Shown here piece by piece: positions 50,360 to 63,074 of a DNA stretch of 64,000 nt. The notes under the pieces are model-generated. The model made no database searches. It saw only the letters and a list, made by a program, of their open reading frames with translations, and was not told the origin of the DNA. The stretch covers positions 10,044,001 through 10,108,000 of the forward strand of contig OZ281500.1 in the NCBI GenBank assembly GCA_965637545.1. The letters run 5' to 3'. Numbering within the stretch: the stretch's first letter is position 1; every line of letters starts with the position of its first letter. A program made the translations under genes and the position numbers. Source of the stretch: Phallusia mammillata. Taxonomy: Eukaryota.

Positions 50360-50954
50360 TCCAAAAAGCCTTAGACGACTTGTATTATTTCACTTGGTTT
50401 TGTATAAAGCGTTTAGAACTTAGCCTTCGCTTGACGCTTCCCTACTTTGTGATTCAGCACAAACAATGGAGAACGGACTTATAAGATTGGAGAATAAAAA
50501 ACCAAGATTCTTTACGCAGTTTGGAACTATTAGAAAACTTGCATGTGATTAATATAAAACAAAATTGTGTTCTGATATGTTTGACTTCAAAAAATATATT
50601 ATGTATGTCCGAAAACTTACTGAGAAAGAAAAATTTACTAAATTCTTTTTTTACTGATAATTGAATCGATGTGAAAGTTGTGGGATTTTTACCTGCAGCA
50701 TAGAAATCAGACTTTTATTGTTTAAAGATCATTGATTCCCATCAATTTCCTCACATGACAATATTAAACCATTTATTCCACTCTAAAATTACTAAATTAA
50801 ACATTATTCAGGTTGCTCCCCAAGTCGACTTCATTGACCCTGTTGCCAAAAGTTACAAATAATAGCTTTTAGTTAAGATTCGGAGGGTTTATCAGATTCT
50901 GTGGCACATAGGTCTTCTTGGTGGTATGCATAGTTAGGCCCTACTTTATGTTTT

Positions 50955-51058
50955 AACGGGGTTCGAACCCAGGACACTCCCGGGGACGAATCCCGATCAG
51001 GTTTTTTGCATGTCTGTATGTGGGTCAAGCGCGCAAGACCATTCGGCCAAGTTCTTGC
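50955..51058 (-). mobile_element. Degenerate tRNA-derived (Leu/Ser-like) SINE head or tRNA pseudogene
   Basis: A box TGGCCGAATGG and B box GGTTCGAACCC on the minus strand. The acceptor and T stems do not pair properly. Confidence 0.4.
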
Positions 51059-51199
51059 CCATGTAATTTACAGTAAATATAGTAGTCAAAATAATAAAGA
51101 CCATTCATTGTGTATTATAACCGCGTCAAAATTATTTTTAAATACATTTTACACGTAATAACAAACAAATAATATCTGAATTGTAGCTGTTGCAGAGTA

Positions 51200-52553
51200 G
51201 GGGAGAGTGGGGTAAGTTGTTACAGGGGCGGGTTGTTACAACGCGAATAACTTCGGCTATATTTTAATAAAACCGCTGGAATTACGCATGTCGGTTGGAA
51301 CATCCGGGACGGCCAGCGTGACAAAATTTGGTTAAATTTGTGCGGGTATTCGCTGACTTCTTGAATTTTGCTATTTTGAGGTGTCTAAAGTAAATTTTTG
51401 GACTTAAGCTAAATCGACTCTCCTAAAGCACACAATTTAATGAATTCTATGATTCAAGTTTTTTTGTCAAGTGATAGTGGTATGTTAGTACCTTGTAAAA
51501 GATTAAAGTTGCAAACTTTAGCTAATTTTAAGTACAGATTGGTTTAAGTGGCACCATGCTGGTGGGGTGAGTTGTTACAAGGTGTCCCACATCTGGAACA
51601 ATGATTATCATATGGGCCTGAGAAAGGTAATACTTAACTTTTGTAAATAAATAATGTGTTTAAAATGTTGTTTGGTGACAATATGTTGTTATTGCAAGCT
51701 CTTTAATTTCTAAAAATATAATTATATGTGTAAAATCCAGGTTTTGGACCAAGTTTGAGAACTTACTACTATATCGAGGACAAGAAACTGTAGGGACTAT
51801 AGGATGTCATTCATTTCATGGTTAAAGTTATGTCAAAAGTTAAAGTTTGTGAATTCATTGACATAAAGTACTTTTAAAATGAATTTGATTGTAAACTGTG
51901 TTGTGTTCGTTCTATAAACCTTTTGATCTGTTTTGTTATTTTAATAAACAACATGATTTGTGACATACAATGATACTTGATATTACAATACTCACATTGT
52001 ACATGCAAGCTTGTGATGTGACTTCTATTTATGAAAGAAACTTAAATGTTGGTGCAAAACAAGATACTTGATATTGCTACCATTCCAAATGTTTACTTTT
52101 GGACTCTAAATAACTGTTTTGTTCACTTCAAAAGCAAAGATGTCACCAATTTAGCAAATTTGGATTGGAATTTTTGAATCGTGATGAACAAAATTGTATA
52201 AATTGATTATAACTCAAAATAAATAGTTAAGATGAGTAAAAGTGGTTTTATTATATTTATGTTACAAAACACACAATAAAAGAAATAGAAATTGTCACAT
52301 TTGTGGATGTGGAAACCTCCCTAAAGTACTGTAACAACTTACCCCCACCATGGGGTGAGTTGTTACAACAGAGCATCAACCAGAAAACATGAAATATTTT
52401 TTTTTACAAGTATCAATTAATTTTGTTGGTAACATGTTTACTAGACTTAGGGGCATATCAAACTTCACACAAAAAATCAGGATGATCTGAATAATAATTT
52501 AACCCCAAAATTGCAGCGAAACAAATTTTGTAACAACCCACCCCACTCTCCCC
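51200..52553. mobile_element. Non-autonomous TA-flanked DNA transposon (~1.35 kb, Tc1/mariner-pogo-like)
   Basis: TIRs GGGGAGAGTGGGGT..GTTGTTACA / TGTAACAAC..ACCCCACTCTCCCC, TA on both sides, internal GGGGTGAGTTGTTACAA copies at ~51564 and ~52352, and no ORF. Confidence 0.85.
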
Positions 52554-52759
52554 TAGGCTCGGTCTAGCTTATTTTAATTTATTTTTTTATTCGTTTGGTA
52601 CGGGAACAGATTTTCTGTTACAGTTTGTGCCTATAGCTGGAAAGCGAACACTGTACGAAACTTCCAAATCGTAGCCTATCTGAGTAAAACAAGTTTGAGA
52701 ATTACTGAATGGTTTAGCTTTAGCGTGTCTCTGCCTTTTTATTTTTATTTTTTAAACCA

Positions 52760-53255
52760 TAATGGTAAGCCGGGCTTTCAGGAAGGGATCGGGTCGCGTT
52801 GGGTTTAAGTTCGAGTCGGGTTTGGGCTTAAGTTCAAATGAAACGGCCTATCTTCAATTTAAGTTGGCTAATCTAACTTTTAGGCGGAATGCGCCGGTTG
52901 GTCTGGTACTTTCGACCAGAGTTGTAAACGGGCATGAAATTGGAGCCCGAACCCTGCCCGCACTCGAAAGTACAAGCCTGAAACCCGGACCGAACCAGAG
53001 TCGCTGTTGAGAAGCCCGTTTAGGCATAAAAGTTTGATTGACGGACGTATACAATAAAGCCTCGACCAAGACAACAAACACGTTTTACAATTGGTCTTAA
53101 ACAAGGCATTTAGGGCTGTTTAAAATTAGGTCAGGTCCAGCAACTGGCTACTTAGCTAGTTAAATTTATTCAAAAAATACTGACACAGAAAGTCAGGCCC
53201 GAATCTAGCCCGTTTTTTAAGAAACGTAAGCCCGAACCCGGCACGACTTACAACT
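52760..53255. repeat. Dispersed CGGG(T/C)T / GCCCGA-rich repeat (related fragments at ~6755-6960, ~30005-30045, ~32700-32780)
   Basis: Arrays of TCGGG/CCCGA motifs in opposite orientation at the two ends. Probably a decayed MITE family. Confidence 0.55.
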
Positions 53256-54871
53256 TTGCAACTAATTCAAACAAATCGCGTAAATAGGAAAATACTGTTT
53301 CACGCATTTCGTGCTTCTTTCGTCTGCGCGCTTTGGGTCTGGGCTGCTGCCGGAACAATCAAAATAGCCATTTGCGCGAAATGTAGGTCAAAAACGCAAA
53401 ATGAATGTGTCTTGGTCATTTTTTTGCGTATCCAGGCCGTACTGCTGCAACAAGGCTCTTGTACACTGCGACTATCTTGCAAAATGTAGTTTATTGCCAC
53501 GAGTAACAAATTTGCATCTAATATTATGGTCGAATGTTCACAATCGCGCTATCACTAACATCCACTAGTAATAGATGGGTGAAATGGTTACAGAAAAAAC
53601 ACTCGAATGTACTGGGACCCTGTTTCCTCCACTACAAACATACCAGGCACTTAAAACTAGAAATAACATCGTTATTTTAGCTACATAGGTTGAGTTTCTG
53701 TGGTTGGAAAATGCAAACATTTACGAAAAATATTGCACGACAACAATTAAGTCCCTAAATGAAATTTTGAAACCAAGCTGATGTATACTGCGACCCAGGA
53801 AAATTGGGAAAAACGGTTAGTCGAGGCTTGTGCAAATGCAGACTAATTTTGCAATGCAGCATTTTACATGCACCTGAACTTAAAGCATGTATTCGAGAGC
53901 AAATACCGTTACAAATTAACAAGCCTTTGATAGTTACAAATTAGCAAGCCAGATTTTCTGGAAGGACGGTTGCTTTGCCAATATCACGTTCTACATCAAA
54001 GGCAGTTTTACAATAAACACAGTTTAAAGCACACAAGATTCGAATTTGATTTTGTAAAATTAAGTAGTTTAAATAGGCCATTCAAAAACGTAAAATATTA
54101 AGAAAAACGTTTTGAAGACTCAATATATAGCCATATCCAAAACCTTTCATTAGACTTCAGCAAGTGTCTTACACATCCTAAGATGAGGATGAAGCCAACA
54201 ATGCACTGAAAGAAGACGAGAAGGATCTTTTTTGTTTGAAAAAGTCATGTTAGAGGGAGGAAGATTATTTTTTTGTCGGCGGGAATAACTCAAAGTTCCC
54301 TGCAAACACACAACAACCTGGAAATGTATATCTCAATATCTAACGTACAAAAGTTTTCTTACGGCATTTAAAATCTCCGTCACTGTTAGATCCTTGAGGT
54401 TTTCGATGTGAGAATGCAAAGAAGATGATTCAGACATTCTAATATTCAACAGATTTGTGATTATGAATCCCACTGTGCAATCGTCGTTATTCAAGGCTTT
54501 GTGGCAGGCATGGACAAATTGACCATTGCTGGGTATAAAAATAGATTCGGTTTGAGCAAACATAATTCATCATAGCGTTTAGATTAGATGTTGACAATGT
54601 AACGAAAGAATATAACATAGCGGTCGTGTTAGCAGCAAAAACGGAAACTTATATGTATTGACTAGTTTTAACACTGCCGTCATACTTACCCGGATATAGG
54701 AGCCATTTTGTTAGCCAGGGGCCGTGTGATGCAATATCCAGCGCCACCTGTTCCAAAAATATATTTCCCCTCTGTTGGATGCTTTAAAATAGGAAAAGTA
54801 ACAAAACGTCATTTAATAACAAACAACGTCAAATAAACAGTACAGGTAAACCGTTGCGCAACTTTATAGAA

Positions 54872-55844
54872 CAGCGGTTCCCAACCTTTCTGGTGCCGTG
54901 ACCCCTAAAAACAGTTCCCAAGTTGTTGTGACCCCAAGGATAAAATTAGGAGGCTATATACCATATTTACTCGACTGCAAGACGCGGCTCATATTGTTTT
55001 TTTTTAGCTGCCATTTGTGCGGCTAATAATCGAGGGAGGCTTAAATTTTAATTTTAAACCGAAATTATTTCTACACTCCAACATTTTAAATTATTTGGGG
55101 TTCAAAACATGTATCCGTGTACAGATTATATGTCGAAAAAAGTTCTGTTGGGTACAGTTATCAACGTAAATAACAGATATGGGCAATTAGTTATACTGAG
55201 CAACAACAGAAAGATGTAGCCTATTATGAAACAATGGTATCTAAAATTCTAGCGTGCGGCTTACAATCGAGGGCGGCTTACATTATTCTTTTAACACCTC
55301 AACATGCGGCTTACAATCGAGGGCGACATACGAACGAGGGCGGCTTACAATCGAGTAAATACGGTATTGAAATTGACTTGTACATATCAGAAAAATTATT
55401 TCTCACTATTTTCCTAATACTTGTCTTTCGATGCATCATTGACAGCCTGAAATTTTACAAACTACATTTTAGTTTAGTTGACTATTAAGTTATAATTAGA
55501 GGATAGTGATATTATCGCGAGAACGCAACACAATTGGCAACTGACTTGGTGATTATGATTATGTAAATGCAGTATTATTACGTAATAAAAGGCAATAATC
55601 AGCATTTTGTGAAAACAATTAAGTCTTCAAAAATTAAAGATCCACCCTGTCCCTGCTGTAGTTACTCGTTTTCATACGAATTAACAAACAATGGCGGAAA
55701 GGCATGTTGACGGTTCTTTCCGTTTTTATTTGCTAAGTTAGTCAACGGCCTAAAAAAGAGTTGGAAGCCATGGCCTTAGGCGACCCCAGGCAAATCGTCA
55801 GGCGACCCCAGTTGGGGTCGCGACCCACAGGTTGGGAACCGCTG
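54872..55844. mobile_element. hAT (Charlie-like) MITE in a Fringe A intron
   Basis: TIRs CAGCGGTTCCCAACCT / AGGTTGGGAACCGCTG with a perfect 8-bp TSD TTATAGAA. Confidence 0.9.
54961..55364. mobile_element. Tc2/pogo-type MITE nested inside the hAT MITE
   Basis: TIRs CCATATTTACTCGA / TCGAGTAAATACGG, TA flanks, and internal GCGGCTTACAATCGAG repeats. Confidence 0.85.
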
Positions 55845-57582
55845 TTATAGAACAAAGGCACTTTAATTGCCTGTGCACAAAAGCATCGACTTATTTCTAT
55901 CCGGCTGTTTTTATAAAATATACTGCACACGCAAAAAGTGTTAAATCTAAGACATAGCGATAACCAGCAGTCACCAAGAAAAACGGGCGGCTTCGTCGAC
56001 CGACGTAAACTGTGTCGCTCCACAAATGATGATTTAAAATCTCTACAAGTCTGTTAACGTTTACGTAGTTGTCGTCATCCACGTGACACCACCACCTACA
56101 ACAAGCGAGAATTATATTTCATGGGATTTTTGCATATTTCAGCTACTGAGTAATTTCAAGCAATGCTGATTCTAGTTTTGCCCCTAATTAAAGTTTCGGT
56201 ACTTTTTGCTTGAAAATAGAAAGAGGTCGAACTCCACTCCCGTCTTGCAGCATAAATCATTCCTGGTTAAAAAACAAAAGGTGAATTCCAAAAAAAGGTT
56301 TATAGCTACGGATGCTTACTTTGCGTGCGTTGAACCACATGTTGTGTTCACAAGTCTGTTTCCTGAAATCAAAGATAAAATGTTGCAAAATCAGAGGTAA
56401 ACAATCTACATTTTATTGTACAATAAATTTACCTGTTTTTTCTGATAAGTTGGGTCATTTTCATCGGTTACGATAAACACCTGCAAAAGTTTTGTTTTAT
56501 TTCTACGTCAATTGTTTGCAACATTACAAAAAGAAAAAACATGTTGCAAAAAATGTGCGCAAAAATGACCAATATGTATGCTCATGAAAGCAGCGTCCAT
56601 CAGGGTGTTTTGTTGCATAAGTTTAAAGCAGTGGTTCTCAAACTTTTTTATTACTTTTTCAAAACGGTCCCTTTGCCATTATTTCGAGGGCTCGCGGTCC
56701 TTTAGCTGGAATGTGTATTTCAGAAAAACGAAAGTTGATTGCAGGATTCTAGCAAAATTGCGCATATCAATGATCCAAGGCTTGTGATATCACAGACAAG
56801 ACAAAAAGCATTACGATTGTGCGAAAACAATTGCATGTTTGATAGTTGCCATTCAATAAAGGATATTGTTTAGCAATGGAGACAGTCGATTCTCAATTCT
56901 AATTTGATTTAAACTATTTCAGGCACAAACTGACGCTAAAAAGATTATAGAATTACTCATAGGCGCCGACTTTAATTTTTTTACGGGTATGCCATATTAT
57001 ATGACGTCACAAAACGACGAAAAATGATCTTTGTATGGTTTATGTTAGGATAAAATGTAGCATATTGTAGGCAGAAATAAATTTGTTTAAATTGCAAAAT
57101 GAGACATTTGTTGGGAACCACTAGTTTAGAGTTTCAATCATTTTCATGTAACTCATTTAAACACTTTATCCATTAACTTACCTGATCACGAGATATGTCT
57201 TCATACCACGTTTTAAGAATTATATCCAGTCTTCGTTGATGATTTGTTTTGCCAGTTTTCACAGTGAATAAAATATCATTTAAAAAAGTCCGAGAATGGT
57301 TAAAAGGATGAGAGTGAAAGATCTTATCAATATGAGATCATAACTTTGACGGAAGACATTGAAGAACACCACTTCCAAACACCAGCATAACAACAGTACA
57401 TAGAACCAATGGAGCAAGACGTGGTTTTACAGCCATCATTTAGTATCTACATTTTGATTTGCTAGTTCGATTAAAATGTTCTCCCTAAGCAAAACTAAAC
57501 GATTAAGATGAACATAAATTCATAACTGGGATCAGCCCTGAAGCACCAATGCAGACCAGCGATCACAGCACACTCATATATA

Positions 57583-57780
57583 AATCACAGTACGCCAGGC
57601 CCATCGAATGCGCCATACCGTATCATTCCCCACATGGTGGTGAATGCTTGGTGACCGGCTGATTCGGTATTGCGACTTTAATGGGCCTGGCGTACTGTGA
57701 TTGACAAAACTAAACAAAGTTTTTTTTCGATATTGCGCCTTCAATGGGCCTGGCGTACTGTTAAAACTAAACAAAGGTTT
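57583..57780. repeat. Inverted repeat (hairpin 57583-57702) plus a tandem extra copy of the right arm
   Basis: AATCACAGTACGCCAGGCCCAT pairs with ATGGGCCTGGCGTACTGTGATT. AATGGGCCTGGCGTACTGT recurs at ~57743. Confidence 0.8.
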
Positions 57781-58564
57781 ATTTCTTTTAATGTGATTTC
57801 GAAACTCTTTGTTTGCCAAAATGATAATCGCGCAATAAGAGCTACAAATAAGATGCTACGCCTGAAACAGATGTAGACTAACGATTTCAAACGTAACACG
57901 TTTTATAGTTTGCTGACTGCCACTTTGGATACACATCCTAACTTTTCCTGCGATTTGCTGATTGAACTGCCTTATCGTTGCTGGTATACTATAGGGCAGG
58001 GATGTCCAACTCAAACACACCGCCGTGCCATATTTGGTTTTAAAGTATACTCTCGCGTGCAAACGTTTGGTACTTTTCCAAACCGTGTTTGAAGCGTCTT
58101 AACGGTACAGGGCTCAATCCGTTGGAAAAACAGTATGTCGTCAAATGCGAGTAAACTTGTTCATGATACTCAAGAACTTTATTCTGTTTATGCGACACAA
58201 GATACAAATAGTTTGCAACGGGGCTTAAGTTTTGTCCAAAAAATGAACAATTTAATTAATGGGTTGTGCAACTTTAACTACCGATAATCTTTACTGAAGT
58301 TAGAATAAAGGCCAAGAAGAATCAATAGAAACAAATTTAATTGCGTGGCAAAGCCTAATGTTTACCATCACATCTAAATGTGAAAATTGTGTGCCATTTT
58401 CAAATGCTCTGCGTGTCACTTTTTTTAATAGGAATGGGCACCCGGACCCGACAAAAGAATAGTTGCGCATTATCAGCTTGTTCACAACATAATACGAACA
58501 AGGAAAACTAACTTAAAGCCGTCACCTGAGTATAATCCTTTGCAACAAACTAACCTGTAGCATT

Positions 58565-58665
58565 CCATTTGCGGTCTGGTGTACAGAATTAAACAAAAGC
58601 AAATCATTTGCGGTCTGGTTTACAGCTTTAAACTAAACTAAACCATTTGCGATCTGGTGTACAGC
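58565..58665 (+). repeat. Minisatellite, ~39-40 bp unit x ~2.5 (CATTTGCGGTCTGGTGTACAG core)
   Basis: Three near-identical cores separated by similar AAAC-rich linkers. Confidence 0.8.
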
Positions 58666-59335
58666 TGTACCTCGAACGCCAATAATACCACAGCAACGCA
58701 CATAATTGTTCGCATCACATATAAGCATTCATCATTGCAGTTTCTCTTCCAATCTTCTATAGCTTTTTACTTTTAAGATCCACAATTATGCCCTAGGGTT
58801 ATTATTTTAAAGGTGATGCAATTTAATCTTTATGACAGCAGTAGGTCAAACTTCGTTTAAAAGTTCACAAAATTGAAAATTGCACGCAGTAATGCGGTCA
58901 CACTTCTAGCCGTTTGATAGACGAACTTGCATTGTTTCATGAAATATATATTTAGCAAATTTCTTTCCGCTGACCTTTTGTGTAATCTGAATTCTACAAA
59001 ATATGTGGCTTTTGCGTGTCATTTTTAATGTTATGAGGCCAGCTGTGAAAAAAGTTTGTTGACCTTTGGTATGACATACGAACAGATGGTCTGTTACGTC
59101 ATAAGGGGCATAATAAACTAGACCAGCTATCTCTTTGTTGTTTCATAAAGCGTATCGCATTATTACAAACTACCTGTATACTTGTTCGTGTTGTCGAGAA
59201 TGGTAAGTCAAAGCAGCAAACTTTAGCTAATGCGGTTTGAATAAAAAAAGTTAAAATGATGGTTGTCAGCCATGTTTTTCGGTTAGAAAGCTAGTTGTCT
59301 TGGTTTGCTCATTATTTATTTGTAAGCTTGTATAT

Positions 59336-59794
59336 CAGAACTCTTCAACCGGGATTCCACGGAACCCTAGGGTTCCGTACAACCCTTTCAGGGGTTCCGT
59401 GAACTTTATAATAAGGGTTGCACGGGGAGTAGCAATTCGAACACGAATGATTCATTTAGTACCATTGTTTCGTACAGCAATGCTCGCCTGTGCAATATTG
59501 TTAACCTTTGTTACACCATTGATCAATTGTGACGTAATAAATACAATCTTGTTACACTCTGGCTAAGTTGCGAGATGAATGTAGATACGACCTATCCAAA
59601 TAACACGACAATGCGTTTCAGTTAACCGTTTAATTTAAGTCAACCTTTGTGATGTGGTTTGGATGCGTATGCATCTTTTTTCTTTGATGTAGCCTACTTG
59701 TATTACATTCATTAAAATTATTTTATGGGGGTTCCGCAAAGTTTGACAAAATACCTTAAGAATTCCGCGTTACTGAAAAGGTTGAAGAGCACTG
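59336..59794. mobile_element. Older hAT-type MITE
   Basis: Imperfect TIRs CAGAACTCTTCAACC / GGTTGAAGAGCACTG, GGGTTCCG subterminal motifs, and flanks TTGTATAT/TTGCAGAT (6 of 8 match). Confidence 0.65.
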
Positions 59795-60863
59795 TTGCAG
59801 ATAAAACAAGAAACATAAAACAATGAGTCACAATGCGCCAAGTAGACAAAAGCAATCGCTGTCGGGAGTTACGAAATGGTGAAAAGAGTTCAATACACTG
59901 TTCTGGTGGTAAATGATGGCAAACTTTTCTTAAACAATCCGTTATATCCGATGATTTACCTGTGTTTATAACATAAAAACACAAATCTTAAAACAGACAA
60001 ATTTTTTTAGATATTTTGTTGCGAAGCCGATTCCTCTGCTAAATACAGAACTTTTTGTGCTTAATTGCTTTAAAAATGCTTAATCTAGCAATGAAAACGC
60101 TAAATTGACAACACTGCATAGTGGGTGGAATAGTTGCATTAAAAATGCTCCGAAGTACTAATAGACAACTTGTGCCTATAGCTGCATAGCTTCTTTGGTT
60201 GACAACCCTACTTGATCACCGTATGTAAGTATCACGGTAAGGGTCTGCCTTCAGCAAGTGTATTGCACATTTCCTGGCTGGGATGAAGCCAGCAATGGAG
60301 TGAAAGAAACCGCGTCGGGTCCATGCGATACGGAAATGTCATCTTGGAGGGAGGAAGCTCCAACGTGTTCTTGTAAGCGAAACTTAACGTTCCCTAAAAA
60401 AGCAAAATGTTCACAAAATTTTCTCACTTCTTTTGATATATTATAGTAGGTTTGCGCTGCGTACAGCGTTTCAAGTGCAAACGCATACCAAGTAACATGT
60501 AAGGCGAATTGAAGTGCATCTCTGTTTGGCGAGGCAATCGCAAGGGCAAGTTCATTCGAGCCGTAGTATTGATTTGGAGTAAAACATGCCAAAAGTTTAT
60601 ATTACATGCACATTTAAAGCATAAATACCTTATTCCTTTGGAAAAATAGATTTGGCTAACTGGAACGTGATATGTGATCGCTTGTATCAACAATAAAAGT
60701 TTTGCTTGATTATGTCAAACATTTCTTGCCAAATGTAAACAGAGAAGCTCCAGAAAAATTAGTACAAAATATTATTTATTGAGAAATTATTGCCATTTAA
60801 AGATTGATGTAGGTTTTGTGCAAAACATGGATGTAAAGACGAATTCAAACATCTTTCACTTAC

Positions 60864-63074
60864 GGCCTCAAGAATGTCAGATACGTTCAACAATTTCAGC
60901 TTTTCGATGTGGGAATGTAAAGACATGGATTCTGATATTGTAAGTTTCAACAAATTTGTGATGATAAATCCTATAGTGCAATCGTCGGAATTCATAATCA
61001 AATGACAAGCTTCAACAAACGTTCCGTTACTGAAATTTAAAGAAATAAAAAATATAACCAAAGATATATAGGTCATTTTACTCCTTTCGCTATAATTGCA
61101 AACAATGGAATATTAGGCATAAGGCTTCAGTGGTTCTCAACCTTTCAGTTGTTCGGGCCAAAAGGTAGTTACTTAAGTGTTCAAGAAGCCAAAAAACGAA
61201 TTAAAAAACGAATAGAGGATAACTGCAAGCAACAAGAATATGAACAGCTGCAGAAAGCTTTCTGAACCTGACTTATGAGACACAATACAATAAACAATTA
61301 CCTTTGTACGTAATAACTCTGTAATAGATTGATTGGGTTAAATCATGGGTCCCAAACTCAAACTGCTTTAAGGGCCAAAACAAACTTTTAAGTAAGTCCA
61401 GGGCCGACCTATCGAAACACTTACAGTGCAACTTACAGTGTTTTTGTCACAGTGTAACATGACAACAAACATATTGAGTGATTAAAAAGTAAAATGTTGA
61501 TTTATGCCAGTTACTTTATTAAAAAATAATATTGTAATAAATATCAAACAAATATATAGTGTAGCAAATTGAAAGAGCCAACTGTGCTTGCTGTGTGTGG
61601 AAACAATGGCATACAATGACACGACAATGAAATCAATATGACGCAACAATCGCAATGGCTGCTTCTAAAGATGGGCTATTTCGATCATGCCATTATCGTT
61701 GCATATACCACTACTAAAGAACGATTGTATCATGTAAACACATTGGTTGGACAGTCTATTCCGCAGTACAACACATAACTTCTAAAAGTTACTTCGCGGG
61801 CCGCACAAAAACCCTTGGAGGGCCGCGTGTCTGAGACCCCTGGGTTAAATGGGATAGTGTTTAAAATGCTGCATTCGTGCATTGTAAAATGTTAAATTTC
61901 AAAACAGGGATGTTTTTGCTATTGTAGTTTTCATGATAATAATATTCATTAGTGATTTTCCGAGGTTTGGTGAGAGCCGCAAAATAGGTATAGTTGGGAG
62001 CCGCATGCGGCCCTGAGAGCCGCGGTTTAGAATCACTGGTTTAGTTTGTTTTTCACAGGCCTACGTTGTAACTGTTTTATAACTTACAACCTATTGATGT
62101 TTAACGTACCCACAGAATGGAGCCATTTTTATTGCCAGTGGACGTGTAATACAATATCCAGCACCACCAGTTCCAAACCAGTATTTTCCCTTTTTCCAAT
62201 GCTTTGTAAAAAAATGCAAATGTAGTGTGACTTTCAGAAAATTATTTTACAAACTTGTTGTTTTTTGTTTAATTTTATAGTTCTTAAATTAAATTAAAGA
62301 TGTACGCTTTCTTTAAATTAACGAGAAGAAAATATTTTTAATGATAAGTTATGATGTTGGTTCTAAATATGGTAACTATTGCAATGTTCTAAAATAATCC
62401 TTTTCATTTAGCCTTCATTTGCTGCTCTCTACACAAGCAAAGCTTTCAAATGTAACAATTTTACAACCTATTTATAAACTTTACGACATAAACCAGAAAC
62501 CTTGTGAAACGGAACACTCCGTCTTGCAACGTAAACTGTGTCGTTCCACAAATTGTGATTTAAAATTTCCACTAGTCGGTCGACATTTACGTAGTTGTCG
62601 TCATCCAGGTGACACCACCATCTGTGAAAAACAGCTTTAAGTAAACATGGCAAAGCCGACCATGGGCAGGTCAAAGACATCCGAATTACTCTTAAACCTT
62701 AGGGCCTAACGATTTAATGAATAATTTGTATTTGACTTACTTTTTATTTGATGCCAAAAACAGATCGAATTCCACGCCAGTTTTGCAACATAGATCGTCT
62801 CTATTAAATGAAAGACATTGAAGTAAAAATATGAAAATATGTCGATCGGCTCTACCACAAAGCCGACGCTTACAAAATGGAATGACTACCTTACCTTTCA
62901 TGGGTTTTACCGCATGATGAGTACACGAGTCGGTTCCCTGTAATTACAGAACAGTATTAATAGATCGATCAATGACAAAATGTCTAATTTACACAGAAAC
63001 TCGCAGTCTCATTCATAATACCAACCAGTTTTGTTTTGATACTCTGAATCCTTTTCGTCGGTTACAAAAAATAT
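60864..63074 (-). CDS. Fringe-like glycosyltransferase, distal copy (B): exons 2-7 intact; exon 1 presumably beyond the window; no terminal exon of its own found
   Basis: Exons (-) 63074-63026, 62937-62895, 62800-62741, 62621-62501, 62201-62110, 61029-60864. Peptides IFFVTDEKD, CGKTHERDDLCCKTGVEFDLF, WWCHLDDDNYVN, WFGTGGAGYCITRPLAIKM, DDCTIGFII, HSHIEKL. Exons 3-7 have the same lengths as in copy A (43, 60, 121, 92, 166 nt). Confidence 0.85.
61128..62038. mobile_element. hAT-type MITE in a Fringe B intron (host of a nested element)
   Basis: CAGTGGTTCTCAACC start and GGTTTAGAATCACTG end with GAGCCGC subterminal motifs. TSD not preserved. Confidence 0.65.
61344..61842. mobile_element. Nested hAT-type MITE
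   Basis: Imperfect TIRs CATGGGTCCCAAAC / GTCTGAGACCCCTG with a perfect 8-bp TSD GGTTAAAT. Confidence 0.8.

Larger units (their letters stand above)
54150..57439 (-). pseudogene. Fringe-like beta-1,3-N-acetylglucosaminyltransferase, proximal copy (A), with a premature stop and a 1-nt frameshift
   Basis: Exons (-) 57439-57182, 56480-56433, 56362-56320, 56262-56203, 56095-55975, 54781-54690, 54528-54363, 54299-54150. Fringe motifs DILFTVKT..H.RRLDIILKTW, WWCHVDDDNYVN, GTGGAGYCITR, DDCTVGFII, HSHIENL, GTLSY, DPSRLLSVHC. In-frame TGA at 57338-57340 (codon 34). Exon 2 is 48 nt versus 49 nt in copy B, which breaks the frame. Confidence 0.8.

Noticed and set aside
50955-51058. Functional tRNA gene
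   Set aside because: A and B boxes are present but the cloverleaf stems do not close.
57338-57340. Selenocysteine or programmed readthrough at the Fringe A in-frame TGA
   Set aside because: It lies in the non-catalytic stem, the context is TGA-TCT rather than TGA-CTA, I see no convincing SECIS after the stop, and a second frameshift lesion points to decay.
58565-58665. CRISPR-like repeat-spacer pattern
   Set aside because: Only three cores, the spacers are short and similar to each other, the context is eukaryotic and there are no cas genes. It is a minisatellite.
59718-60693. Minus-strand ORFs as the missing Fringe B terminal exon
   Set aside because: None shows the TLSY / DPxR / HC pattern in a phase-0 frame after an AG acceptor.
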